NCBI GenBank assembly: GCA_020725925.1
Contig: DYTN01000006.1
Coordinates: 20,269-84,268, forward strand
Source: Methanobacteriota archaeon
GTDB taxonomy: Archaea > Thermoplasmatota > Thermoplasmata > UBA10834
Length of the DNA stretch: 64,000 bases
Direction of reading: 5' to 3'
Shown here: one piece after another, positions 34,964 through 45,288 of the stretch
How the letters are laid out: every line of letters starts with the position of its first letter
Numbering within the stretch: position 1 is the first letter of the stretch
Position numbers and translations under genes: made by a program
The notes under the pieces: generated by a model
Seen by the model: only the letters and a program-made list of their open reading frames with translations
Databases searched by the model: none
What the model was told of the DNA's origin: nothing

Positions 34964-37090
34964 ATGATCATCATCATTCTAGTAGTCCTGCTTGTCCTGT
35001 GCCTTCCGAGAAGTTCATTCCCCGCTTCTGCAACACTCGAACGCGAATGGACAGGACCAGTGCCGGTTCCGATGGGTGCGCCGAATGGCCAGGACTACGT
35101 CCGCTGTCCTAGTATCGCGGTCGACGGCAACGGCAATGCGGTTGCTGTCTGGCAGCAAGGCTTGTCAGAACTCAGCACATTGGCAAACCGATTCACGAAG
35201 GGATCCGGCTGGGGTAATCCGGTCGTGCTGGACGATGCCGCGGCGACTTCCTGGCCAGATGTCGCGTGTGACCAGTTCGGCAATGCCATAGCAGTGTGGG
35301 AACACAGAGACAGTCTGGATATCGGCACCCCAACGGTCGTTCAGGCGAGCCGCTACTGGGATGGCTGGGGTTGGGGACCAAGTTCGACCATATCGCAGGG
35401 AAATGGAAATGCGAGCGAGCCACGCATCGCGGTTGATGCCATGGGCAATGCCATCGTCATTTGGAGGTTCTCGATTGGATTCAACAGTAGTATTTGGTCA
35501 AATAGGTACATGGTCGGTGCCGGATGGATGGACCCCCAGAAGGCTTCCACAGGCGGCGGGAACTGGGGAGGACATGAAGTCGCTGTTGACATGACAGGCG
35601 ATGCAATCGCCGTGTGGACCGGGGGCGCAGGCATAATGGCAAACCGATACTCGAACTCCTCATGGGGAATCCCGGTTGTCATCGGAAATGGTATCTATCC
35701 GAAGATAGCAGGCAACGCTGCTGGTGACGCGGTCGCTGCCTGGGCGGGAGTCCTCAACGGGACAGGGGGCCTCATATCATGCCGGTTCTCGCCGGATGTC
35801 GGCTGGGGCGCGGCCGTTGCCATCGGAGAATACGCGCAACTGTTACCATATGAGGAGGGCCCGAGCGTTGCCATGAGCTCGAGTGGAGAGGCGGTCATTG
35901 CCTGGGATCAATGGGTCGGGGAGGGCCCACCCGCTTCCCAGGCAGTGGTGAGTCGCTCATTCGTAGACACAGCCTGGAGCATTCCCGAGCCGGTCGGGAC
36001 ACCTGTTGAGTATTGGCCTTCTTGTCCTGTTGTTGCGATAGACTCGCTTGGCAACGCCATTGTCGTCTGGCCCAATATCAACAACTCCACGCTTTGGGGC
36101 CGCAGCTACACTGTTGGCCAAGGCTGGGGAACTCCAGTTCTGGTTTCGGGCGACCGGAATTGCTCGCTCGCGCCGATAATCGCGATGGATGCAATGGGCA
36201 ATGCCATGGTCCTTTGGCTGGAATCCGAGGGCAACAGCTCGATTATTTGGACATGCAGCTATGCCGGAGTCGAACCCCAACCCGACATGATTGTCATAGA
36301 GCCCGACCTCTCTGACATTTCCCGTGATATCTCCATGCTGAGATGGGCCGTCGTCGCCAACTCTGCCCTCGCCTTCGCATTAGCTTCGGTCCTCATCCTA
36401 GTGCTTCTCAGGCGTCGGAATGGAAGTCGCGGCAGCCCCATAGGACTCCACGGTGACTCACGCTCGAGGGGACCGGACAGTACTTCGGGCCAAGTGATGC
36501 ATCTCCAATTGCCTGCGGACAACAACAGCACTCCCGCAAACGGACTCAACCAGGAAAGGCGTTGGCCTTCGAGGGCCATTTCGGGCCCGCTTCGACTCAC
36601 AGCCAAAGAGAGGATACTGCTCCATCTCCTGCACTTCGCTCGGTATGCGGACTCGCTGGAGGTCCCGCCCGAACTGACGCAGGAACGCATCGCAGAAGCT
36701 GCAGGAATCGAGAGGCGCCATTTCACGCAATACGTTCACCCCCTCGAAGAAGACGAGCTAGTTCGAGAGCGGACGAGCCGCGTGAGAGGTGTGGTCCAGA
36801 AGCGGCGCGTCTATGTCCTCACTGAAGAAGGAGTGCGCAGGACTCTCGGGGTCCGTGACCGGGTCCGGTCAGCGATGGTCCGTGTGCGGGACGCCTCAGC
36901 AGTCCGGGAGGTCACCGTTGCAGAGGCGCTCATCGAAGCGCGCGGGTCGATGTCAGTCCTGGACATCATTCGCGAGTCGATCGAGACGGGAATCGTCGAT
37001 CTAACACGCTCGGCGTCCTCGGGACGGGAAGCTGGTCCAATGACAGTGGGTTCGGAGGAAGGGGTGCTGCAATTAGAGGAAAACAGATGA
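34964..37090 (+). CDS. Membrane protein: extracellular beta-propeller repeats, TM helix, cytoplasmic winged-helix domain
   Basis: Signal-like start MIIIILVVLLVLC; about 8 repeats of 'P.IA.D..GNA..VW'; TM 'WAVVANSALAFALASVLILVLL'; wHTH 'KERILLHL...LTQERIAEAAGIERRHFTQYVHPLEEDELV...RRVYVLTEEG'. Confidence 0.75.
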   Translation: MIIIILVVLLVLCLPRSSFPASATLEREWTGPVPVPMGAPNGQDYVRCPSIAVDGNGNAVAVWQQGLSELSTLANRFTKGSGWGNPVVLDDAAATSWPDVACDQFGNAIAVWEHRDSLDIGTPTVVQASRYWDGWGWGPSSTISQGNGNASEPRIAVDAMGNAIVIWRFSIGFNSSIWSNRYMVGAGWMDPQKASTGGGNWGGHEVAVDMTGDAIAVWTGGAGIMANRYSNSSWGIPVVIGNGIYPKIAGNAAGDAVAAWAGVLNGTGGLISCRFSPDVGWGAAVAIGEYAQLLPYEEGPSVAMSSSGEAVIAWDQWVGEGPPASQAVVSRSFVDTAWSIPEPVGTPVEYWPSCPVVAIDSLGNAIVVWPNINNSTLWGRSYTVGQGWGTPVLVSGDRNCSLAPIIAMDAMGNAMVLWLESEGNSSIIWTCSYAGVEPQPDMIVIEPDLSDISRDISMLRWAVVANSALAFALASVLILVLLRRRNGSRGSPIGLHGDSRSRGPDSTSGQVMHLQLPADNNSTPANGLNQERRWPSRAISGPLRLTAKERILLHLLHFARYADSLEVPPELTQERIAEAAGIERRHFTQYVHPLEEDELVRERTSRVRGVVQKRRVYVLTEEGVRRTLGVRDRVRSAMVRVRDASAVREVTVAEALIEARGSMSVLDIIRESIETGIVDLTRSASSGREAGPMTVGSEEGVLQLEENR

Positions 37091-37166
37091 TAGATGCCCC
37101 CCACTTGTATTGGCTCTGGCGAGCGAATACGTCACCTCGTGTGTGGTTCGAGTGCGAGGTGAGGCA

Positions 37167-38645
37167 ATGAAGAGAGCCAGAGTCCTGGCTGCAGTCGCGG
37201 TGACTGCCGGGGTGGTTCTTGCTACAGGACTTGGTTCCATACTGGCATTTCTGGACGGCGAAGTCGGTGGAGGTCCGGTATCCCGCATCTTCCTGGGTCA
37301 GATTTCATCCGTGAGGTGGTCCCTGACCGACGACTCCTGGCCCGCCTCGCGCAGCTACCACGCGATGGCCTATGACGCTAGCAGCGACTGCATCGTCCTC
37401 TTTGGCGGCTGGGCGGGAGGCTCTACCAACGAGACTTGGACTTTCGACCTCAACGCGAACAGGTGGGCCAAAATGAATCCAGCCGCGGCGCCGTCCGCGC
37501 GGGATTGCGCCGCCATGGCATACGACGCGCAGTCAAGACGGGTGATTCTCTTTGGCGGTATTTCTGGCACACCCAACGGGGAGACTTGGTCCTACGATTC
37601 AGGCACGAACACATGGACCAATAGGGCGCCGACCACCGCTCCTCCCGCTCGGCTCGGAGGGCGGATGGTCTACGATGCGCAATTCGATAGAATCATCCTC
37701 TTCGGCGGTCACAACGGCGCGCTCTACGGGGACACGTGGGCGTACGACTACGAATCGAACACGTGGACCGCGAGGTCGCCGGCCAGCTCCCCAAGTCCTC
37801 GTGCCTGGCATATAATGGCGTACGACGCCGAATCCAACCGGACCGTGCTGTACGGCGGGGATCCGGGCACTGGGCAGAGCTCTTCTGACGATCTCGGCGA
37901 TACCTGGACTTATGACTATGCGAACGACACCTGGACGAACATGAATCCAGCCCAAGGACCAGCGCGGAAGGCGTTCGCCAGCGCGGCCTACGATTCGGAG
38001 TCAGACCGCGTCGTGCTGTTCGGGGGCGGCGTAGAACCGGGGGAGACATGCGCGTACGATCTGAATGCAAACGCTTGGACGGTGTACAATGTCACCCCCC
38101 GACCCTCCGACAGAGCCACTCACGCCATGGCCTACGATTCAGAGTCGGACCACATCGTGCTCTTCAGCGGGAGCTGGCCGGTGGGTATCGTTTCGAGCCC
38201 GACGATCCAACACAACAATGAGACCTGGTCGTACGACTTCAACGCGAACGATTGGACCCTGCTCAGTCCTCTTCCCGATACTACTAGCCCCACTATTGCC
38301 CTGACGTTTCCAGCTGAGGGCACGGTCCTCAAGTCGACTTCCGTCACCGTCTCGGGCACTGCATCGGACAATGTTGCTGTGGAACGGGTGGAGCTGAGCA
38401 AAGACGGCACGAACTGGGTTTTGGCGGACGGAACTACCTCATGGTCGGGTACCTTGACATTGCAGAAGGGGTCCAACACAATCTACGCCAGGGCCATGGA
38501 CATCTCTGGCAACAACGCGTCGACGAGCATTTCGGTCTCGGTCTCCATCCCGTCCAACCTCACAGCACTCATCGTCGTCGCGGGCGCAGGCACTATTCTT
38601 GGGGCGGCAGTCTTGTTTCTCGTGCTGAGACGTCGGAGGAAGTGA
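37167..38645 (+). CDS. Kelch-repeat surface protein with Ig-like domain and C-terminal membrane anchor
   Basis: Six 'R..HAMAYD.....LFGG.....ETW.YD...N.W' repeats; 'VTVSGTASDNVAVERVE' Ig-like domain; TM followed by RRRRK. Confidence 0.85.
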   Translation: MKRARVLAAVAVTAGVVLATGLGSILAFLDGEVGGGPVSRIFLGQISSVRWSLTDDSWPASRSYHAMAYDASSDCIVLFGGWAGGSTNETWTFDLNANRWAKMNPAAAPSARDCAAMAYDAQSRRVILFGGISGTPNGETWSYDSGTNTWTNRAPTTAPPARLGGRMVYDAQFDRIILFGGHNGALYGDTWAYDYESNTWTARSPASSPSPRAWHIMAYDAESNRTVLYGGDPGTGQSSSDDLGDTWTYDYANDTWTNMNPAQGPARKAFASAAYDSESDRVVLFGGGVEPGETCAYDLNANAWTVYNVTPRPSDRATHAMAYDSESDHIVLFSGSWPVGIVSSPTIQHNNETWSYDFNANDWTLLSPLPDTTSPTIALTFPAEGTVLKSTSVTVSGTASDNVAVERVELSKDGTNWVLADGTTSWSGTLTLQKGSNTIYARAMDISGNNASTSISVSVSIPSNLTALIVVAGAGTILGAAVLFLVLRRRRK

Positions 38646-38931
38646 TCATCTGACTTCGCGGGCGGTTCTGCCAACCCCTTCCTCATTTGACTGCAGAACT
38701 GGCCTTGGCTCTGTCGTGCACTCCAATTCCAGACCATGGTCCGGGCCCTCGCACATGCTCATTGCCTCAGGTGGGCAACCTTCTCTGGTCGAGCGATTCT
38801 GACGAATCCCATTCCATCTCGTTGCCTTGACTGCCTCCGTGTCTGGCCGTCCACCAAGGGCGCTTTCGTTGCCATTCTCGAAATCCTTAATGGCGCGCGG
38901 TGTGATACGCAATCACGGAGGATTGGCTGGA

Positions 38932-39819
38932 ATGACCGAACCACCGCAGTCTCAGACTCGTGACGAACCTCTTTTGCCCTGGTACGTTGTCGGCGTGACC
39001 GCCTTGATCAGCGGGGCGGCTCTGATGGCGATATCCCTGCTCGGGCCTCTCTGGCTTGAGTCGATTCAATATCGGACCTCGCAGTCAGGGATCTGGCAGA
39101 CAACAGGCGGGGACCTTGTGAACCTCGTCCTGATGGTCCCGTTGCTGCTGGTCGGGGGAACCCTCCACCTGCTCAGACGGATCGGTTCGAAGTACCTCCT
39201 GATACTCACGCCTGTGACGCTCATGTATGTCGGGCTGAGCCTTGGTCTCGGGCAGGAATGGGGCAACCCCGAGTACACTGGGAACGTCGAGGACTACTCG
39301 TGGCTCTACCTGATAGTCATCATAGGTGGGCTCATCCTGCTCGTCTCCACTCTGTCTTTGTTCAGTTCCAGGGACGCTCCCGAGTTCAAGCCGAGGGGGC
39401 TCAAGATCTATGTCGCAGTGATGGCCCTCTTCCTGATGGCGTTCGCGGCCATGTGGCTGTCCGAGCTCGCTGAGGTCATATCCACCGGCGAAACGGCCAG
39501 CGGCGCCTACGAGGAAACCCCCGTTCTCTGGTGGACTGTGAGGTATCTCGACCTGGGGCTGACCATCCCGCTCGGCTTCCTGGCGCTGTATCTGCTGCTG
39601 ACCAAGCCGAGCAGATGTTACGCGATGGTCCTCCTGTTCTTCGGGTTCTTCGTTACCCTGGGAACGGGCGTTCTCACCATGGGTGTAATAATGGTCATCA
39701 ACGACGATCCGACGGTGCAGGCGGGCGCGCTACCCATATTCGGGACCCTCGCGGCACTCTCGTGGGTCGGCCTCCTGTACCTTGTGAAGGACAAGCTCTC
39801 GCGGTTCTTCGCAAGGTGA
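38932..39819 (+). CDS. Multi-pass hypothetical membrane protein
   Basis: About 8-9 hydrophobic segments; RBS ggagga before ATG 38932 (the ORF track starts at 38827). Confidence 0.7.
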   Translation: MTEPPQSQTRDEPLLPWYVVGVTALISGAALMAISLLGPLWLESIQYRTSQSGIWQTTGGDLVNLVLMVPLLLVGGTLHLLRRIGSKYLLILTPVTLMYVGLSLGLGQEWGNPEYTGNVEDYSWLYLIVIIGGLILLVSTLSLFSSRDAPEFKPRGLKIYVAVMALFLMAFAAMWLSELAEVISTGETASGAYEETPVLWWTVRYLDLGLTIPLGFLALYLLLTKPSRCYAMVLLFFGFFVTLGTGVLTMGVIMVINDDPTVQAGALPIFGTLAALSWVGLLYLVKDKLSRFFAR

Positions 39820-39914
39820 TGTCAGGACTGGGAGAGTTCTCGCATTTAGCTTCGTATTCGTGGACATCGATTCTCAATGATGAGCCAATGCTTCAATCGA
39901 CTACCAAGCCCAGC

Positions 39915-41588
39915 TCAATCGCGGCCGGGCAGTCCCATATCCTGTCGAACCTCTCTTTCGAGCAGGTAGAAAGGGAGGTTCCCGTTCTCTGCGACCAGGT
40001 CATGGAACCGCTTCTCAGAGAAGTCACTGCCCTGCTCGGCCGCGAGGGCCCTCTTGAGCTGCATCACCAGGTGCCTCCCAAGGAGGTAGCAGATGCCATA
40101 TCCCGGATTGCGAGTGAACCCCTTCACATCGGCCTCGGCGGAAGCCCAAGGCCTTCCCACCTCCCTCGCTGTCATCTCGATCATGTCCTCCAGCGTGGCG
40201 TCCTCGCAGGAGAGCTTCACCTCGCTGATCGTCCTGCACGCCATTAAGATCCGGTAGTCGAGCAGGCCCAGCAGGTGGTGGTCCGAGGCCATGAACCCAT
40301 GGTCCACCATCAGCTGCTCGCAATAGGTCGCCCACCCCTCCTGTGACTCGTACGGGGGAGAGAGCGTCTCGGGCGAGTACATGATATGCGGCAGCTGGTG
40401 CACCCAGGGCTTCCGGTTCGACATCGTGCCCTGATGATGGTGCCCGGGGTAGGCCTCGTGGACGGCGAGAGTGTCTATGCCTGCGTAGTTGTGCCAGCTT
40501 CCGAGGTCTTCCTGGCCTTGCCCGCCGGAGACCAGGAACACCGTGTCCTGGGATTCCTCGAAGACCGCGGGAAGGTAGGTCGATGCTATGGGCGTGCTCC
40601 CGGCGAGGAAGTCCGGCGTCTCCATGACGAGGACCCTCGGTCCGTCAAGGACTGTCGCGAGGTCCTGCTCGATCACGAAGCTCCTCGCCCGTTCGACCGC
40701 AGCCTTCGTCCTCTCGACGACCTCGGCCACACTCTGAGGGCACTCGTCCTCCACAAACCTTCGCGCCTCGTCGACGGTCCCTCCGTTCGATATCCTCTCT
40801 GCCACGGACTCTCTCATTGTCTTGAACTCATCAAGCTGGGCGTACGCGAGGTCGAGGAGCCCTTGGGGAGTGTAGGATATTCCCCGTATCCTCAGCATCT
40901 TCTCGAAATTCACTTTGCCCATCGCGAAGCCCTCTTGCGAGGAATCGAGCATCTTCATCAGCCATTCCTCGTGTGCCGGGAGGCTTTCCCTCAGCCCGGA
41001 AACGCTCTTGGCCATGTCCGATCCCAAGTCGGAGTCCGGATTCGCACGCGCGAGCTTCTCTGCAGTGTCGAGAAATGCAGGGAATGCCTTGCACATCTCA
41101 ATCGCCGCCTCAGTCCAGATCCTGACGGTCCTCGCCCCCTTGAAGCGGTCCCGGAACTGCTCGAGGTATCGTGGCATCTCGCCTATGCGCGCCGCGATCG
41201 ATTCCAGGCGGACGTGCATGGGAGCATAGTCCCTGACGATCATCATGAGCATCGCAGTTCCAGGGTTTCCCAGCGCCTCCGGCCTCATCTTCCATAGTGA
41301 GTAGTCCTCGACGGCGAATCTGTATGTGCCAAGGGTGTAGTGCAACACCTGCAAGGATACCTGCTGATCACGCGAGAGCTCCGCCCTCGATGCGAACGCA
41401 TCCGCTCCCCGGACCCATTCCGTCAGGAGGTCCAGGTTGCCCTTGATCTTCTGGAACCCTCCGTGCGGGAGCAGCTTATCATATGGATCGTGCATCCCCC
41501 AGATGGTCGCGCAGTCGGGGTTGATTGAGAACAGTCTCCGGAGCTTCCCCTCGTTGAGCTCCTCGAAATCCGAGGCCCCTGTGGTCAC
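39915..41588 (-). CDS. DUF885 family protein (zincin-like)
   Basis: 'HEAYPGHHHQ', 'EGWATYCE', 'PGYGICYLLG', 'FSEKRFHDLV..NG.LP'. Confidence 0.85.
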   Translation of the reverse strand: MTTGASDFEELNEGKLRRLFSINPDCATIWGMHDPYDKLLPHGGFQKIKGNLDLLTEWVRGADAFASRAELSRDQQVSLQVLHYTLGTYRFAVEDYSLWKMRPEALGNPGTAMLMMIVRDYAPMHVRLESIAARIGEMPRYLEQFRDRFKGARTVRIWTEAAIEMCKAFPAFLDTAEKLARANPDSDLGSDMAKSVSGLRESLPAHEEWLMKMLDSSQEGFAMGKVNFEKMLRIRGISYTPQGLLDLAYAQLDEFKTMRESVAERISNGGTVDEARRFVEDECPQSVAEVVERTKAAVERARSFVIEQDLATVLDGPRVLVMETPDFLAGSTPIASTYLPAVFEESQDTVFLVSGGQGQEDLGSWHNYAGIDTLAVHEAYPGHHHQGTMSNRKPWVHQLPHIMYSPETLSPPYESQEGWATYCEQLMVDHGFMASDHHLLGLLDYRILMACRTISEVKLSCEDATLEDMIEMTAREVGRPWASAEADVKGFTRNPGYGICYLLGRHLVMQLKRALAAEQGSDFSEKRFHDLVAENGNLPFYLLEREVRQDMGLPGRD

Positions 41589-41691
41589 GGGGTAACCGAT
41601 GCCTACGAGACTACAAATCCTTTGCCCGCCTTGGGGGCCGCCTCAGTCGTGCACGCTCACAGCCACGACGCATAGATGAAGAATCGTGGGA

Positions 41692-41922
41692 CTACTTCTG
41701 GCCCTCGTCGAAACGGGCGTTGACAAGGCTGCAACCTCTGAAATCATCTCGGCTGCTCGCGCACATCTTGGCGAAGTCTCCTTTAGAGAACCTCACACAT
41801 CCCCAGCACTGACTGAACAGCCTGCGCTCCCTCTCTGCCCTGATCTCGCTGCAGAGCTTCATCGCGGTCTCCCTTGGAACTGGAGCGCCTTCACACGTAC
41901 TTTTCTGCGTCATATCTTTCAA
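41692..41922 (-). CDS. Small Cys-rich hypothetical protein
   Basis: 76 aa filling an intergenic gap; six Cys including CWGC; co-oriented with its neighbours. Confidence 0.5.
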   Translation of the reverse strand: MKDMTQKSTCEGAPVPRETAMKLCSEIRAERERRLFSQCWGCVRFSKGDFAKMCASSRDDFRGCSLVNARFDEGQK

Positions 41923-42010
41923 GAACCTACCGCTAAAGCGCTTTTCTCAGCCCACAATGCTGCCGCGGGGATTCGCAGCAATCCAGGGCCCGGCATCGCG
42001 CTCCCGTCTC

Positions 42011-42373
42011 CTATCCAGCCCTCGCGCCGTTCGGCACGGGTCGCTCAGGCACGGCCAGCACCGGGGTGATGCCATCGGCATAGCCTATGTCGAAGAGCAT
42101 GCCCTCGGAGACATGTCCCATCATCTTCCTTGGCTCGACGTTCAGCACGAACAGCGCCTGCATGCCCTCTATCTCCATGGGGTCCTTCCGTTCCCTCTTC
42201 ATTCCGACGACGATGCTCCTCTTGTGACTCCCGAAGTCGACCGTGAGCTTGACCAGCTTGTCCGACCCCTCGATCCCCTCGACTCGCTCGATCGTCCCGA
42301 CTCGGATGTCGATCTGGTCCATCAGCTTCGCTGGCACCGTCGGCTTGACCGGCGCGACCGTGATTCCGGCCAT
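42011..42373 (-). CDS. tRNA-binding OB-fold protein (CsaA/Trbp111/MetG C-terminal-like)
   Basis: 'IDIRVGTIERVE...SDKLVKLTVDFG..KRSIVVG', 'N.EPRKMMG..SEGML'; RBS ggagga. Confidence 0.85.
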   Translation of the reverse strand: MAGITVAPVKPTVPAKLMDQIDIRVGTIERVEGIEGSDKLVKLTVDFGSHKRSIVVGMKRERKDPMEIEGMQALFVLNVEPRKMMGHVSEGMLFDIGYADGITPVLAVPERPVPNGARAG

Positions 42374-42523
42374 CACATCCTCCTGGGGAGATACTGTTCT
42401 GACGGATAATGAACTGTTGACAGTCGTGTCCAACCATTGCAAGTGGAAGCCATCGGCAAGATGCTTATACCGTATATGCCAATCCCTGGCAAGCTCTGGC
42501 AACAGAGACAGGAGGACGAAGGG

Positions 42524-43600
42524 ATGGGCAGGAAGAGCGCTATCGTGATCATTGTCGTTGTGATTGTCGTTGTTCTTCTGATGCTAGCTGTGGTTTCGAG
42601 CATGTTGGAGGACGAGATCGTGACGCCCCCGAGGAGCGAGGCGATCCCTGCGGACGCTGTGAAGGGGACGCCCGCGACTGACATCTTCAAACCCGTCCTG
42701 CACTCGGACGAATGGGAGGACCCAGTCCCGATGCCAGGCCCGATCAACACTGCAGGTGCAGAGGACTCGCCGTTCATCACGCCCGACGGAAACACGTTCT
42801 ACTTCTTCTTCACACCAGACGTGCGTGTCCCGCCCGAGAAGCAGCTCCTGGACAGGGTCACGGGCATCTGGTGGAGCCACAAGGTCAACGGCACCTGGAC
42901 GGAGCCAGAGAGGATCATCCTGCACGATGACGTGTCCCTGGACGGCGCTGAGTTCGTCCAGGGTGACACGATGTGGTTCGGCTCTGTCAGAGCGGGCAAC
43001 TACGGCGAGATAGACGTCTACACTGCCAAGCTCGACGGCGGCGATTGGCGCGATGTTGAGAATGCAGGGGAACAGCTCAATGTCGACTACGACATCGGAG
43101 AGTTCCACATCGCCTCTGATGGCGTTACCATGTACTTCCACACGGGCAATGTGGCCTCGGGTGAGGAAATGGACATTTGGTCGACCACGAAGACCGTAGA
43201 CGGCTGGAGCCAGCCCGTGTTGGTCCCCGGGCTCAGCACCAGCTCGATGGAGGGGTATCCGTTCGTGACGGAGGACGGGAACGAAATGTGGATTACAGGG
43301 ATCAGCAAGCTCGGATACACGGGCCCTGCGTTGTTCAGGAGCCTTAAGAGCGGCAGCAGCTGGACAACCCCAGTGGAGATCGTCTCCAACTTCGCAGGCG
43401 AGTGCACGATGGACGCCGAGGGCAACCTTTACTTCGTCCACCACTACTACAGCTCGAACATGACCATGATCGAGGCGGACATCTATGTCGCATATCACAA
43501 GGGCTTCCGATTCATCGAATCATCCCATCATGCGGGTGAGAGTCCTCTGAATGCCTTCCCGGCCGCGGTCATCGCCCCTGCGTCACGGGCGTGGTCGTGA
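42524..43600 (+). CDS. Membrane-anchored PD40/WD40-like beta-propeller protein
   Basis: N-terminal TM; 'INTAGAEDSPFITPDGNTFYF', 'YPFVTEDGNEMW'. Confidence 0.75.
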   Translation: MGRKSAIVIIVVVIVVVLLMLAVVSSMLEDEIVTPPRSEAIPADAVKGTPATDIFKPVLHSDEWEDPVPMPGPINTAGAEDSPFITPDGNTFYFFFTPDVRVPPEKQLLDRVTGIWWSHKVNGTWTEPERIILHDDVSLDGAEFVQGDTMWFGSVRAGNYGEIDVYTAKLDGGDWRDVENAGEQLNVDYDIGEFHIASDGVTMYFHTGNVASGEEMDIWSTTKTVDGWSQPVLVPGLSTSSMEGYPFVTEDGNEMWITGISKLGYTGPALFRSLKSGSSWTTPVEIVSNFAGECTMDAEGNLYFVHHYYSSNMTMIEADIYVAYHKGFRFIESSHHAGESPLNAFPAAVIAPASRAWS

Positions 43601-43608
43601 TTGCGCGT

Positions 43609-45099
43609 TCACGAAGAGAGCCTGAACGGTCTACCCTCGTGGTCGCACAGCAGCTGGACCAGCTCCCTGCCTGATGCGAGCGATGTCGGCACGGACCCTC
43701 CGGGTGTGACCCACTGGCCGGCCATGTAGAAGTTGGAGAGCCCTGGCAGTGTCCTCGGAATCGTCCTCGTGATGTTGTCAGAGGAGATGAGCCACCCCAT
43801 GTATGCCCCTCTCCAATTCAGCGTGTATCTCCACATGGTGTACGGTGTCGCGACGTCCGTGAGCTCTACCTTGGTCGAGATTCCAGGATACAGCCTCTCG
43901 AGCCGTGTCAGGACGCTCTTCGCAGCCGCCTCCTTCGCCTCCTGGTACTTCGCGGGTGCATTGCGGAGACCGTCCCAGTAGTCCCATTCCGTCTCGAGCA
44001 TCGCCTGCACCACCGTCCTGCCCGGCGGCGCGAACCCGACGCTGTAGTTGAACAGCCTGACGCTGAAGCCCTTTGACTCCTCGTCGCCCACCTTCAGTGG
44101 CTCGTCCAAGAGGACCAGCTGGAGAGGTGGCACGTCCGGGAATGCCATGTTCACGCCGAGGCTGACCACGATGGTAGGCCTGCAGAGCTGCCAGGTCGTG
44201 TAGCGGTCTCTTGTCTTCTTGTCTGTGAAGCGTCCGTCCAACATCTGGAAAATCGTGGAGTGCCCATCCGCGGCTGACACGACGATCTCCGCCCTGTGTT
44301 CCTCGCCGTCGGCCAATCGCACACCGACGGCACAGCCATCCTCGACGAGGATCTTGTCCACGGTCGCCTCATAGGTGATCTCTCCCCCGAGCGCCTTGAA
44401 GCGCCTTTCCATGGGCTCGACGAACGCCTGGCAGCCTCCTTCGATCACGCCCATCTCCTTGTTCGCAACGAGTGCCAGAATCATGAGCACGAACCAGGCA
44501 GGCACCTCTGGGAGGAACAGGTTCTCCACGACCTTTCTCAGTGCGGGGTCGTTGATCTCATACGGGTTCTCTCCGATCGGCCTCGCATATGCTCCGCCGA
44601 AGAACCTCAGGATCTTCCGCATCCTCCAGAACATCCTGATCCTGTCGATGAGTGTGCTGAGCTCATGCGGCTTGTCTGCCAGCATATCGCCTGAGTCGTA
44701 TCCACGCTGCATTCTCCTGACGTCGGCAACGAACCTGTCCGCGAAAGCGGATTCCGAAGGCGCGAACTCCTTCAGGTCACGCAGGAGTCTGTCCAGGTCC
44801 GAGGTGAAGTCGATCCTCCTGCCGGACTTCTCGTCCCACACTCTTACATAGGTGTCGAGGTCCAGGAACCTGTTCGACTGGGCGATGCCGAGCTCTTCGT
44901 ACAATGAGTACAACTTGGAGCCTGGCCTGTGCCCCATGAGGAAGTGGATCCCACCGTCAATGAGGTATCCGTCCCTTCGCCAGGCTGCGGCTACGCCCCC
45001 TGCTTGGGAATGGTGCTCGAGTATGTGGCACCGGTATCCGTTCAATTGGGCGTATATGCCGGTCGAGAGCCCTGCGAGACCAGCACCTATGATAATCAT
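43609..45099 (-). CDS. Phytoene dehydrogenase-like FAD-dependent oxidoreductase (COG1233)
   Basis: IIIGAGLAGL Rossmann motif, 'D.ATP.T..RYT....G', 'NFYMAGQWV.PGG'. Confidence 0.85.
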   Translation of the reverse strand: MIIIGAGLAGLSTGIYAQLNGYRCHILEHHSQAGGVAAAWRRDGYLIDGGIHFLMGHRPGSKLYSLYEELGIAQSNRFLDLDTYVRVWDEKSGRRIDFTSDLDRLLRDLKEFAPSESAFADRFVADVRRMQRGYDSGDMLADKPHELSTLIDRIRMFWRMRKILRFFGGAYARPIGENPYEINDPALRKVVENLFLPEVPAWFVLMILALVANKEMGVIEGGCQAFVEPMERRFKALGGEITYEATVDKILVEDGCAVGVRLADGEEHRAEIVVSAADGHSTIFQMLDGRFTDKKTRDRYTTWQLCRPTIVVSLGVNMAFPDVPPLQLVLLDEPLKVGDEESKGFSVRLFNYSVGFAPPGRTVVQAMLETEWDYWDGLRNAPAKYQEAKEAAAKSVLTRLERLYPGISTKVELTDVATPYTMWRYTLNWRGAYMGWLISSDNITRTIPRTLPGLSNFYMAGQWVTPGGSVPTSLASGRELVQLLCDHEGRPFRLSS

Positions 45100-45288
45100 G
45101 GACTTCTCTGGCAGATCCTGACCTCCTGAGGCCCGCGCCCAACGTCTGAATCCCTGTTGCGGGTCATTATTGCTTTGCTGTCGCTTCAGGTCTGTCGACA
45201 GGTCCGGCACCACAAGGTACATCTACTCTTCAGGACTCTCGGGCTCGTTGCAGCCAGGACCGAGCTGCGGGTCTAGGGGGAATGGTTT

